Positions 1-8,873 of a DNA stretch of 64,000 bases are shown one piece after another. Origin of the DNA: a virus (lineage: Duplodnaviria; Caudoviricetes); the IMG/VR virus record IMGVR_UViG_3300036804_000259, positions 456 through 64,455 of that record; one strand, written 5' to 3'. The notes below the pieces were generated by a model, which did not search any database, was not told where the DNA came from, and worked only from the letters and a program-made list of their open reading frames with translations. Every line of letters begins with the position of its first letter. The stretch's first letter is position 1. A program made the translations under genes and the position numbers.

Positions 1-742
1 CGTGGCCATCACTTCTCCAGATAAATTCGGTCCCAGGCGCTAATTGTTCGTACTCTTCCGCGCTCCGAATTAATGGCAATGGTGTTGCTTTCTCTTTCGC
101 TTCAGCTGGAGCCTCGGGTTCTTCGGTCGGAGCACCCTTCCCGATCGGTGCTGGTGGAATTCGCTGGCCCGCAGCTCGCATCCGGATCCGCGGTTTCACT
201 GGAGGTGGCGTTGGTGCCGGGCCGGGCTGAATCTGAGCTGCCGCCGGTCCAGTTGGCTGCGTTTGAGCCGACCCGGCTTGTCCGCGCATCGGCGGCAACA
301 CCGGCCAGACCGGCGCCCGCTGTTTTGGAGCGCCGAAAACGGTATCCGCAATCCGGTTAAACAAATCACGACGCGGACCGCCTTGAGTCGGCCCTTGAGG
401 TTGCTGGGCGGTTGCGGCTTTTGCTAGTAGAATGTCTCTCATGCTTGGCCCCTTCGCTGCGGCGGGTTCAGGAGGTGCCGGAGTCGACGTAGCCGTTGCT
501 GGTTGAGCCGATGCGGTTGGCGGATGCAGCGGAACCGCGCCGCTAGGACCGCCGGCAATCGCCCCAGGTGGCGCCTGGCTGCGTGTTCTCGAAGCTAAGG
601 CCTGGCGCATCAGGTCGCCGACCTCGGCGCTTGGCAGGCCTTTTAGGTGGCTCTGCGCCTCTTTCTTGGGGATACCTAATCCGACCAATCCGGTCAGTGC
701 GCTCTCGTGATTAGGACTCCACTCTTTGGTCGCTGCTGCCAT
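1..742 (-). CDS. Pro/Ala-rich protein, runs off the window edge; N-terminal RuvA-C-like helical motif; probable internal virion protein
   Basis: Not in the ORF track; translated by hand from ATG at 742: MAAATKEWSPNHESALTGLVGLGIPKKEAQSHLKGLPSAEVGDLMRQAL...SAEEYEQLAPGTEFIWRSDGH, open to position 2. Confidence 0.75.
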   Translation of the reverse strand, partial: MAAATKEWSPNHESALTGLVGLGIPKKEAQSHLKGLPSAEVGDLMRQALASRTRSQAPPGAIAGGPSGAVPLHPPTASAQPATATSTPAPPEPAAAKGPSMRDILLAKAATAQQPQGPTQGGPRRDLFNRIADTVFGAPKQRAPVWPVLPPMRGQAGSAQTQPTGPAAAQIQPGPAPTPPPVKPRIRMRAAGQRIPPAPIGKGAPTEEPEAPAEAKEKATPLPLIRSAEEYEQLAPGTEFIWRSDGH

Positions 743-745
743 AAA

Positions 746-1078
746 TTAACTTCTCCAGGTTTTGATGGGCATCGCATCGGCAAGCGCCTTGAGGAAATTC
801 CGATTTTCTGGCGTTGGATGCAAGCTCCCAAAAACCTCTTTCTCGCCGCTCGGTCCGGTGATGCAGCACATGAATTCCCAGCCATCTGGCAGTTCAGCTC
901 GAATCGCTCGGTGGATTCGCTCCTGCAACTCAAGGATTTTTCTTTGCGACATCTGCACCGGCTCTGGGCCGGCTCGAGGCCGCGGTCGTACCGGCTTCCT
1001 CACAACGCCTGGGGGCAGCATCAAGGTGCTACTCGCTCGAATCGGTTCACCGAGCTCTTCCTTCTTGTCTGTTCTCAT
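746..1078 (-). CDS. hypothetical protein
   Basis: 110 aa ORF ending 3 nt before the next minus-strand ATG. Confidence 0.55.
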   Translation of the reverse strand: MRTDKKEELGEPIRASSTLMLPPGVVRKPVRPRPRAGPEPVQMSQRKILELQERIHRAIRAELPDGWEFMCCITGPSGEKEVFGSLHPTPENRNFLKALADAMPIKTWRS

Positions 1079-1244
1079 GACCTTAAGGTGCCCGAGGGAG
1101 CAGGGATTTCACCTACCAGGATCACGCCTTAACCTTTTCCCACAGTATGAATCGACGGGATTTCCCCGTAAGTAGACAACTTACCCCTCGGGCACTCAAT
1201 TCCTACGAAACCGTCCGCCCGCTTGCAACCCTTAATTAATTTCC

Positions 1245-1272
1245 TTGCATTATTTCATGGGGCAACTACGGT
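1245..1272 (+). promoter_or_regulatory. sigma70-like promoter, leaderless geometry
   Basis: TTGCAT-16nt-TACGGT-7nt-ATG(1280). Confidence 0.55.
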
Positions 1273-1279
1273 CGTCGCA

Positions 1280-1522
1280 ATGAAATTAGTATTAATCACC
1301 TGCGCAGTAGCGGGCTTTGTCGGCTCCAGCTTTGCTGGAGGTAGCGCTCAATGGAACCCGGTCACTAATCGCTGGGAGTATCGCGACGACTCTGGATCTA
1401 TAACCGGTTCGTCCAATTACAACCCAGTTACTGGCAACTACGAGTTCCGCGATCGGCTAGGGGGCCAAACCGGAACCGCACATTGGAACCCAGTCACCAA
1501 TCGGTGGGAGTATAGGGACTGA
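1280..1522 (+). CDS. small secreted protein with three W/Y-NPVT-x-x-W/Y-E-Y/F-RD repeats
   Basis: Signal-peptide-like MKLVLITCAVAGFVGSSFA, then WNPVTNRWEYRD, YNPVTGNYEFRD, WNPVTNRWEYRD. Confidence 0.75.
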   Translation: MKLVLITCAVAGFVGSSFAGGSAQWNPVTNRWEYRDDSGSITGSSNYNPVTGNYEFRDRLGGQTGTAHWNPVTNRWEYRD

Positions 1523-1535
1523 CCGAAAGGAAAGC

Positions 1536-1557
1536 GGGGGCCTCACTCGAGGCCCCC
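1536..1557. terminator. hairpin, probable intrinsic terminator
   Basis: GGGGGCCTC-actc-GAGGCCCCC, perfect 9 bp stem just after the stop codon. Confidence 0.6.
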
Positions 1558-1791
1558 AGACGTGTTTTCTCTTGTTTAAGGATAAGGATCCCCAAAAATG
1601 CTTACCATTAATTTGACGGAGCTGCTCGAAAAACAATACGAAGCGGCGGTCAAAATTCACTCCCTCCAAGTCCTCAGTCTCGCCAGTGACGCGAGGAGTG
1701 TGACCTTACAAGTCGAACTAACTGTCTTCGCCGAGACTCCTAGCCGGACCTATGTGGAAGTAGTGATTTAGAATTACCTCAAATATTTCTC

Positions 1792-1819
1792 TTGCATTAT
1801 TATCTGGAGTGCCTAACGT
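1792..1819 (+). promoter_or_regulatory. sigma70-like promoter, leaderless geometry
   Basis: TTGCAT-16nt-TAACGT-7nt-ATG(1827). Confidence 0.55.
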
Positions 1820-1826
1820 CCTTCTT

Positions 1827-2672
1827 ATGCAAAACACTTCCACTGACCTAGTCCACGCCAATGGCATCCTCTCTGACGCCCAAGTCCGCTCGATTGCGCC
1901 TTCGGTTTTCGCGACCGACCGCAATCACCGCCGGACCTCGGAGCGTTACTCCTTCCTTTCGACAGAGGAGATCATCAAGCCGCTGCGCCAGGAAGGCTGG
2001 CAAATCGTCGGCGTCAACACGACCGGGAGCCGCCATCCGGACGCCACTCTGGCCGACCGCAGCTTTGCCAGACATATGGTTGTGCTGGCCCATGCGCGGG
2101 ATTTGGAAAAGTACAACTACTCGAAGGTCTGCCCACGGGTCATCCTGACCAATAGCCACGACGGCGCGAGCGCTTGCAGGCTCCAGGCCGGCCTTTTCCG
2201 AACCGCCTGCGCCAATGGACTGGTCATCGCGGACGGCGTCATCCAGAGCCGGGTAATTCGCCACAGCCGCACCACCATCGACCAAGCGGTCCTGGCCGCG
2301 ATCTATCTCCAAGAGCAGTCCGAGCGCTCCCTGGAACGCGTCGAAGCCTTCAGCGCTCGCGAGCTCGATTACTCCGAGCAAGTGGCTTTCGCAGCCAACG
2401 CCATCGGGATCCGCTACGGCTCCGAAGAGGTCGCTGCTCGGCCTCACGACGTCCTGGCGGCTCGCCGGGAAGAGGACAAAGGCAATGACCTTTGGCGGGT
2501 GTTCAATCGCGTCCAAGAGAACATCGTCAAGGGCGGTTTCGAGGTCACCCGGCCCAAACTCGGCTGGCAGATCAGTCAGCAACGGGCCAAGGAAATCAAG
2601 GCCATCGATGGGCTGTTGGGCATCAACACCAAGCTGTGGGCAGCAGCTGAAGACCTCGTCCTGCCAGCCTAA
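1827..2672 (+). CDS. DUF932/DUF945 family phage/plasmid protein
   Basis: APSVFA..SERYSFLST, NSHDG, AGLFRTACANGLV, REEDKGNDLWRVFNRVQEN..GG, NTKLW motifs. Confidence 0.85.
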   Translation: MQNTSTDLVHANGILSDAQVRSIAPSVFATDRNHRRTSERYSFLSTEEIIKPLRQEGWQIVGVNTTGSRHPDATLADRSFARHMVVLAHARDLEKYNYSKVCPRVILTNSHDGASACRLQAGLFRTACANGLVIADGVIQSRVIRHSRTTIDQAVLAAIYLQEQSERSLERVEAFSARELDYSEQVAFAANAIGIRYGSEEVAARPHDVLAARREEDKGNDLWRVFNRVQENIVKGGFEVTRPKLGWQISQQRAKEIKAIDGLLGINTKLWAAAEDLVLPA

Positions 2673-2695
2673 ATTTACCCCGTCTTCTCTCTCTT

Positions 2696-2734
2696 AAGGC
2701 CCCGCAGCAATCCTGCGGGGCCTTTCATTATTTT
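2696..2734 (+). terminator. intrinsic terminator
   Basis: AAGGCCCCGCAG-caatc-CTGCGGGGCCTT followed by T-rich tract. Confidence 0.75.
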
Positions 2735-2769
2735 ACTTGCATTATTTTCTTACATCGCAATATTGAGTC

Positions 2770-3018
2770 ATGCCCGAATACGCTGACTACCTCGAAAGCC
2801 AACTCACCGGCTGCTACGACCGCGAGATCCCGCCTATGGACGATGACATCCTTGAAAGCGACTTCGACGAAGACGCTCCGGAACCCGAGCCAGTTCACAG
2901 TGACCATACCTGCGAGCTCTGTGGCTGCGATGTGGCCCGCTACGAAATTCGCGTGGGTAAGACCCGCGTGTTCAACTGCCGCAACTGCGGAATGACCTCT
3001 TACCTGGAGGTCGAATGA
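2770..3018 (+). CDS. small acidic zinc-ribbon protein
   Basis: Acidic N-terminus; CELC...CRNC pairs; TTGCATTA 33 nt upstream. Confidence 0.7.
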   Translation: MPEYADYLESQLTGCYDREIPPMDDDILESDFDEDAPEPEPVHSDHTCELCGCDVARYEIRVGKTRVFNCRNCGMTSYLEVE

Positions 3019-3206
3019 ACAGACGCCAAGAATTTATCGACTGGGCTCGGGCTCGGCTCGCTGAAGGGCAAAGCGAGCTGACCGTCGGCCGCACTCTCAA
3101 GAACATGAACACCTTCTACCTCTGGGTGTTCGACCATATCAGCACCACCCATCTGGACACCGTCCTCGACGTCGAGGCCTGGGGAATCATCAAGGACGCA
3201 CGATGA
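3015..3206 (+). CDS. hypothetical protein
   Basis: ATGA overlaps at both ends. Confidence 0.65.
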   Translation: MNRRQEFIDWARARLAEGQSELTVGRTLKNMNTFYLWVFDHISTTHLDTVLDVEAWGIIKDAR

Positions 3207-3502
3207 ACGACGACCAACAATCAGAAGCATCATTAGAGGCAATATTGAGGCTGTTAGATGAGGGACGGCTACGCAACGAGGAGACGCTAAAACTGTCGCT
3301 CAAGGGTCGCTCGCCAGAATCGCTAAAAAAGATATTGGTGGTGGTTGACGCCATGGTGCTCTTCCTAAGCGATGATTACGACGGAAAGGTTAGCTCAGCC
3401 GCAAGGAAGATACTGGCTAATGGCCCAGAGTTAACAACTCGAGCTCGCGGCTTGTTTCTACGGATGGGCACCGAGATACGGAAACAGATCGATGAAAGTT
3501 AG
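3203..3502 (+). CDS. hypothetical protein
   Basis: ATGA overlap with the upstream gene. Confidence 0.6.
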   Translation: MNDDQQSEASLEAILRLLDEGRLRNEETLKLSLKGRSPESLKKILVVVDAMVLFLSDDYDGKVSSAARKILANGPELTTRARGLFLRMGTEIRKQIDES

Positions 3503-3568
3503 TCTCTTTGAATTGTTAGTTTTCCTCTTCGCGCTGCACCTCTTTTTGTGTGCCTGCGCTCTCTGCGT

Positions 3569-3751
3569 ATGACTCCCGAAGAAATCGAATCAGAATTAAA
3601 GGTTGTAGCAACCAAACTGGATTTTCTAGCGACTAAAGCAGAGCTCCATCAAGAATTGCACGCTTTAACTTGGCGCTTCCTCGGCCTCATGATAGCGCAG
3701 ACCGGCCTGATTTTAGGCGCGATGTACTACATGCTCACTCACGTTAAATGA
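3569..3751 (+). CDS. DUF1640/CCDC90-like coiled-coil plus TM protein
   Basis: LATKAEL motif followed by a C-terminal hydrophobic helix WRFLGLMIAQTGLILGAM. Confidence 0.6.
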   Translation: MTPEEIESELKVVATKLDFLATKAELHQELHALTWRFLGLMIAQTGLILGAMYYMLTHVK

Positions 3752-3758
3752 CATTTTT

Positions 3759-4100
3759 ATGACTGACGAAGAATTCCAAAAGATCCTGGCTGATCCTGAG
3801 ATCCAACGCCTGATTAAGGCAAACGGATTGAAAGTGCCCATCTTCGACGACGATGATCCCTTCAACGAGCCACCAACAGCCAAACTGCAAATCGAACCAC
3901 AAATCGACCCGCAGTTAGCTCGCCAGCTTAAGCAGTACCTCGCACTTCAAGGTGGAGGAACCTTTGGTGAGCAAGTAGGCGCGAATCTCAATGCCGGATG
4001 CGCCCAATTAGCAGCCATTCTTGGCATTATTCTGTTGGTCGGACTCGGCCTGCTTGTCCTCGTAGCCTTCCTTTATGCGGTGGGCTCATCTCACCACTAG
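3759..4100 (+). CDS. membrane-anchored hypothetical protein
   Basis: C-terminal hydrophobic segment LAAILGIILLVGLGLLVLVAFLY. Confidence 0.65.
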   Translation: MTDEEFQKILADPEIQRLIKANGLKVPIFDDDDPFNEPPTAKLQIEPQIDPQLARQLKQYLALQGGGTFGEQVGANLNAGCAQLAAILGIILLVGLGLLVLVAFLYAVGSSHH

Positions 4101-5950
4101 ACCTTGACGTAAGGATCTGCGTGATCAGCCCAATAAAAGGGCGTTCCCGGCGGGAGCCCATCCACGTGTTCTTGGTGGAATAGGTGCGCGACTGGCTGGC
4201 CTCCTACTATCCGAGTATCTGGGGAGCCTAACGGAGCACCCACCTCGCTATTACTCGGCAACTCGTCGGCACTGGCTCCGGAGAATATCCCCCATGGCTT
4301 TAGATGCAGCGTGGGATAGTCTTTTGGTGCAAAGGTAGGATTCAATAGTTGTGGCCCCAATCCTGGCTGGCTGGCGTTGCCAATGGTTTCCGGCCCCTGA
4401 TTGCCGATTGGCGCTTTGCTAGGCTTAGGCGCTGCTACGGGGGTACGGTTAGGCTGCGCTACTGCCGGTGTGCGGCTAGGCGTAGCACCTGGTATAGCTG
4501 AAGGCTCGGGCGTAGCCTTTGCTATCGGAGCCGGCGCTACTTTCGTATTGTCGGCACCTTTATCGCCCTGCGGAGCCTGCGGTTCCTGAGAGCCAGGTGT
4601 TCCACGTTGATAGCCTTCGGTGATCCCTGACGATGCATTGGGGGCCTGCGCCGTTTTGACCACTGCTTCGACCCCTTTTTTGATCGCCTCGACTCCTGAT
4701 ACCATCTGCTTCGGATTATAGGGCTTCGTTTTCTGGATCCCTGCGTTGGCCATTGGCTCGAATTGTCCAACTGTATCGGTGGTAGTACCAGCTTGATTAC
4801 CGGTGCTGGTGCTGCCTTGGTCGCCCGAGGTCGTCGTAGTTGGCGAGGTCACAGACTTTACGGATGCTCCGCCCGCTTGTTCGGGCAGTATCGGATCTGA
4901 TTCCGTTACTGCGTGGCTCGGACCAAGATTATGTTTTTCAAGATCATCAGCAGCATCGTTTCCCCATCCCCTAACTTCGTCACTTAATCGCATTCTCCCG
5001 CCTTCTGGACTGGCGGCATTGAGGACTTCGCTATGCAATTCTCGTTGAAGTTGCGCTTTTAGCAGTGGGACGTTCTCGTTTAGGGCATCAACATCGAAGT
5101 TGCCGCTAACAACTTTCTTTAGCGAATCTATAATTGGCCCTGAAAGGCCGGATATGGCACCTGCGAGAGGACTTTTAGAAATGAGGTCGAACAGTGGACC
5201 AGCAGATGTCGTTCCTCCTCCTTTCCCTTCTGGAGTAAGTCTATTAACGTCTACACCCAGTTGATTTAACCGCATCAGATCGCGTGTTAATCCGAGCATA
5301 TTAGCACGCTCAGGATCTGGCGTGCCCCCAGGACGAAGAAAGTTAGCCAAATCAGTTTTACTATTTATCGCTGAAATAGCCTGCTGAAGCTTATTTAATC
5401 CCTGTGCTCCGTTAACGGCTTTAAATTTCGCCTCGATATCTTTGAGCAGTTCGATCGCGTCATGCGATTGGCCAAACATTCGCACGTCGTTAGGATTGGG
5501 AGCCACTGTTCTACCTGCCGCCTCATTCTGCGCCCTATAAGCTTGAAGCTCACCATAGCTTGCTTCGTTCAGGTCTTTGCCCCAGTTCTTATTCGTCAAA
5601 GGGTTTTGCTGCGGAAGCGTGCTTCGCAAGTGAACCATCGTATTGTGCATGTCTTCGCCGCCTAAATACCCTGAAACTTCCCCTTGCCGCGGATCCCAAT
5701 AGGTAAACTTCATGGGATCTGTAGGATCGGCTCTCATCAGCACTTGCTGGCCATTAACATTGTGAACTTCCCAAGTACGACCTAGAGCGTCGGTGTGCAT
5801 CGTGGCACTCCCGTCTTTGTTATGGAGGGTTGTCCCTAGTTGGTTATCGACATACTTTCTGTATGTTTTATTGGAAGCAGCGATCGCTTCCGGACTTGCC
5901 TCATCAGGAAGTAACTTTGGAATTCGATTGTAACGATCTCCGTCTGCCAT
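4097..5950 (-). CDS. probable internal virion/ejection protein
   Basis: 617 aa, helical plus low-complexity P/T/A, last gene of the tail operon, C-terminal LPPGTPFYW motif. Confidence 0.55.
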   Translation of the reverse strand: MADGDRYNRIPKLLPDEASPEAIAASNKTYRKYVDNQLGTTLHNKDGSATMHTDALGRTWEVHNVNGQQVLMRADPTDPMKFTYWDPRQGEVSGYLGGEDMHNTMVHLRSTLPQQNPLTNKNWGKDLNEASYGELQAYRAQNEAAGRTVAPNPNDVRMFGQSHDAIELLKDIEAKFKAVNGAQGLNKLQQAISAINSKTDLANFLRPGGTPDPERANMLGLTRDLMRLNQLGVDVNRLTPEGKGGGTTSAGPLFDLISKSPLAGAISGLSGPIIDSLKKVVSGNFDVDALNENVPLLKAQLQRELHSEVLNAASPEGGRMRLSDEVRGWGNDAADDLEKHNLGPSHAVTESDPILPEQAGGASVKSVTSPTTTTSGDQGSTSTGNQAGTTTDTVGQFEPMANAGIQKTKPYNPKQMVSGVEAIKKGVEAVVKTAQAPNASSGITEGYQRGTPGSQEPQAPQGDKGADNTKVAPAPIAKATPEPSAIPGATPSRTPAVAQPNRTPVAAPKPSKAPIGNQGPETIGNASQPGLGPQLLNPTFAPKDYPTLHLKPWGIFSGASADELPSNSEVGAPLGSPDTRIVGGQPVAHLFHQEHVDGLPPGTPFYWADHADPYVKV

Positions 5951-5951
5951 A

Positions 5952-6692
5952 TTAAGCTAATTGGAATTGATCCGGCTGCTGGAATTGAGGGACTGTCGGC
6001 CATCCTACCTGCTGATATCCAGGTTGTGAAATCGGGGCGTTGCTAACTAAATTCTGGGCATTTGGATTAGGATTCGCGAAGGGGGCGGAGCTGACCCTGA
6101 CCACAGTGGAAGGCAGATTATTTTGACCGCTGTTATCAAGCATCGCCGTAGAGAATCGATCTGCTCGGCTTTCTAATTCACTCTTTTGGGGAGCAGCATT
6201 TTGCGGAGGAGCTCCTTTTTGCGGAGGAGTGTTTTCTTGCGGAGGAGTCTCTTGGTTTGGTGGTCCCTGCAAATATTTCTCTGTGTAACCTGGAACATTT
6301 TGAAAGGGAAGGAATGGACTCGATGATTGACCCGTGGGGCTAGTAGTAATTCCACTTTGGATAAGCAGGCTTTGAATGGCCGCAGTTTTGTGCGCCGGGT
6401 CCATCGACTTATCAGCCTGAATCGCCTTAATTTGATTCTGAACGTTTTTAGCCTGCTCAATTTGAATCTGGGCATAAGCCTTCTGCAACGCGTTCTCGGC
6501 CCCTTCGCGAGGTAGCTTCGCCAGCGCGGAACCCATTTGGAGTCCCTTCTGCATGTTCTCAACAAAATCAGGGTAGTGGAACGCTGAAGCGACATTGAGC
6601 GGTGTGTTACCGCCGCCTACTATTGGTGTGATGAGATTCTGCGGTTGCAGCCGGGCTGGCAGGACTTCCCTAAATGGAGCTTGGAACGGCAT
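5952..6692 (-). CDS. probable internal virion protein (Q/P-rich)
   Basis: 246 aa, tightly packed in the operon, coiled-coil segment and short PPQ repeats. Confidence 0.55.
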   Translation of the reverse strand: MPFQAPFREVLPARLQPQNLITPIVGGGNTPLNVASAFHYPDFVENMQKGLQMGSALAKLPREGAENALQKAYAQIQIEQAKNVQNQIKAIQADKSMDPAHKTAAIQSLLIQSGITTSPTGQSSSPFLPFQNVPGYTEKYLQGPPNQETPPQENTPPQKGAPPQNAAPQKSELESRADRFSTAMLDNSGQNNLPSTVVRVSSAPFANPNPNAQNLVSNAPISQPGYQQVGWPTVPQFQQPDQFQLA

Positions 6693-6695
6693 AGG

Positions 6696-7511
6696 CTAAT
6701 AACTCACATTCTGATTCGGAGAGAGGTTGGGCGGAACAAATGTCACCCTTTGTGGAAGCGGAATGTTGCCAGGATTGTATTGGAAGTTCGGCTGGTTCTT
6801 CCCGAAGTTACTGATAGAACTCCCGAGGCCACTTAATATGCTGCCCCCCATTCCGCCGGCACCGCCAGCACCACCGCCTCCGCCAAACGACGTATTGGCT
6901 GCGTTGGCAGCGTCGATTCCCGGCGAAGAGGTCGCTACGCCTCCACTAGTTTGCGCGGCCTGAGGCATTGTCGGCGTTGCTGGGCCGACTTGAGTATCTG
7001 GATTGAGTAAGGGAGCGTTAACCGGTGCCGATTGTTGCTGACCGCCTCCGAGCAAGTTCTGGAGCCAGCTTAGGAAGTTGAAGCCGCCATCTCCTCCGCT
7101 ATCGCCGCTAAGAGGCTGGCCGACTTCGGGATTGTACGCCATCGGCGTCGCTGCGCTCCCTGACCGTGGGGCTTGCGCTGCCGCCAGCATCAGCCACCAG
7201 GGCAACACGAATTGATTGGCGGGCGAAACCGACTGGGCCGGCTGGCCGGGCGACTGTTCCTGAGTAGCTTGCTGGGGCACCGCGTAATTTGGCTGCGCAA
7301 ATGCAGATGCATCTCCGCTCAGTGGTTGGCCGACTTCTGGATTCCGACTAACTGGAGGCAGTTCTGGCTCTTTCGCGCCAATTGGCGCTCCGATCGCCGG
7401 GTTTTGGGATACCGGGACCACGGCCGGGCCAGCGCGTCGAGCACCAGAGCCGTATTGTTGCTCCCAGCCTCGGCGGAAGCCGTCCATGGAGTTCTGCAAA
7501 AAATTCGGCAT
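6696..7511 (-). CDS. Gly/Ala/Pro/Gln-rich protein, probable internal virion protein; candidate YcaO/TfuA substrate
   Basis: 271 aa, 27 nt downstream of tfuA; NPEVGQPLSGD twice; Gly-rich GGGGGAGGAGGMGGSILSGLG. Confidence 0.6.
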   Translation of the reverse strand: MPNFLQNSMDGFRRGWEQQYGSGARRAGPAVVPVSQNPAIGAPIGAKEPELPPVSRNPEVGQPLSGDASAFAQPNYAVPQQATQEQSPGQPAQSVSPANQFVLPWWLMLAAAQAPRSGSAATPMAYNPEVGQPLSGDSGGDGGFNFLSWLQNLLGGGQQQSAPVNAPLLNPDTQVGPATPTMPQAAQTSGGVATSSPGIDAANAANTSFGGGGGAGGAGGMGGSILSGLGSSISNFGKNQPNFQYNPGNIPLPQRVTFVPPNLSPNQNVSY

Positions 7512-7538
7512 GGAAGGGGAGAACCTCCGAGCCGGAGT

Positions 7539-8873
7539 TTATCCTTCAGTGCCGGCCTTGTCACGCAGCAACGCGACTGCGAGCTCGCGCAGCGTGCCGA
7601 ATCCGTTCTCCGCGATGAAATCTTCGAGCGAAGCACTGATCGTCTGACCCGAGCTTTTGGCGTGCTGGAGCAAAAGACTGGAGACGTTCATTTCTTCAGC
7701 GAATTCCAATCCGATTTCGCCACCTTGCGATTCCAACAATTGCTCGTGCCTGGCCGCGGCGTTGCACCAATAAGGGTATTGGCCATTGAGTTTGAGAAGG
7801 TCTAGCAGCCTCTGGGTTCGGCGCCTCGGCCCGCAGCGCACCATCAGAGCACGACGCAATTTCCGGAGACGAATCTCTTCGCCCAATAATCGGTAAAGTT
7901 CTCTCGCGTTCATATGGTTATCGCGCAGGAAGCGGTCGTGCTCGGCTAGCGAACGCAGCCCCTTCTTGATGTTCATCCGGCGCCACTCGGCATCGAGCTC
8001 GGCCGCGGTAAAACCGATCCGGTAGATATCCGCTAGCAGCAATCCTAGTATCCGGTTGTCTGCGGCTTCGCTCAGTTCCTCGAACTCCTGACTGTGAAGC
8101 GAGACGAACGCATCGATATCCTGCAATTTTACTTGCCGGCCACCCACCGTGACTGAGCGATCACGTTCGAACTGGGCGCTAAACAAAAGGGAGAGCGATT
8201 CCTCGGTCGGCTTGATTGCACCTTCGATTGGCTTGAGATCGCGAAACGTGCAGAGTAACTCAAGCGCGTCGATCGCTTTCTGGTTATGAGCCTTAAGAAC
8301 ATCAAGGAGTACATCATTGAGGGATCCAAGCGACCGTTCAGTCCGTTCAGTCCAATGGATTGCTCCAGCCTGGGCGAAGATCTGCTCCGCGGTTTCCTCG
8401 TCAAATACTTCGTTTTCAAAGCCCTTGAGGAGCGCCCCTCGCACGTTAACCAAGGGGACCGTTGTAGCGAAGAGTGAACCGTCTGGGAGCGGAGCGTAGG
8501 TCGAGGCTACTTCGCTCTCATCGTGAATGACGCCTTCGTAGTACCATTCGAAAATTTTGCCGCAACCGATCATGCCAAAATTAGCGATGTCGGCAGCTCG
8601 TAAGGCACCCATCGAACTCGCTCCGTAAACAGCCTTGACTCCAGGGATCTGAAGTGCCCATATCACCTCTTTGTGCCAGATACTCAGAGACTGGTGGAAG
8701 GTGCCGTCGATAATCAAGACGTGGCTCGGCTGCAACTCCATCAAGTCGCTAATGAAGTCGCCCTGTTTCAAGGGCGGCTTGATGATCGCCTCGGGCACCT
8801 GTTCACGGATCGAATCGTGATCAAGGCTGGGGCCGGCATAGACCAATACTCGTTCCTGCTCAGTCGGTTCCAT
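7539..8873 (-). CDS. tfuA: TfuA-like protein with long C-terminal helical extension
   Basis: VYAGPSL, PPLKQGD, IIDGTFHQSLSIWHKEVIWAL, YGASSMGALRAAD, GMIGCGKIFEWY, DESEVA, PLVNVR, QKAIDA motifs of the TfuA core. Confidence 0.93.
   Translation of the reverse strand: MEPTEQERVLVYAGPSLDHDSIREQVPEAIIKPPLKQGDFISDLMELQPSHVLIIDGTFHQSLSIWHKEVIWALQIPGVKAVYGASSMGALRAADIANFGMIGCGKIFEWYYEGVIHDESEVASTYAPLPDGSLFATTVPLVNVRGALLKGFENEVFDEETAEQIFAQAGAIHWTERTERSLGSLNDVLLDVLKAHNQKAIDALELLCTFRDLKPIEGAIKPTEESLSLLFSAQFERDRSVTVGGRQVKLQDIDAFVSLHSQEFEELSEAADNRILGLLLADIYRIGFTAAELDAEWRRMNIKKGLRSLAEHDRFLRDNHMNARELYRLLGEEIRLRKLRRALMVRCGPRRRTQRLLDLLKLNGQYPYWCNAAARHEQLLESQGGEIGLEFAEEMNVSSLLLQHAKSSGQTISASLEDFIAENGFGTLRELAVALLRDKAGTEG

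Noticed and set aside
1560-1790. tRNA or other RNA gene in the intergenic gap
   Set aside because: Only a weak hairpin; no cloverleaf, T-loop or CCA pattern found by eye
4598-4613. Second parS-like sequence TGTTCCACGTTGATAG
   Set aside because: Only half matches and it lies inside a coding region; likely chance
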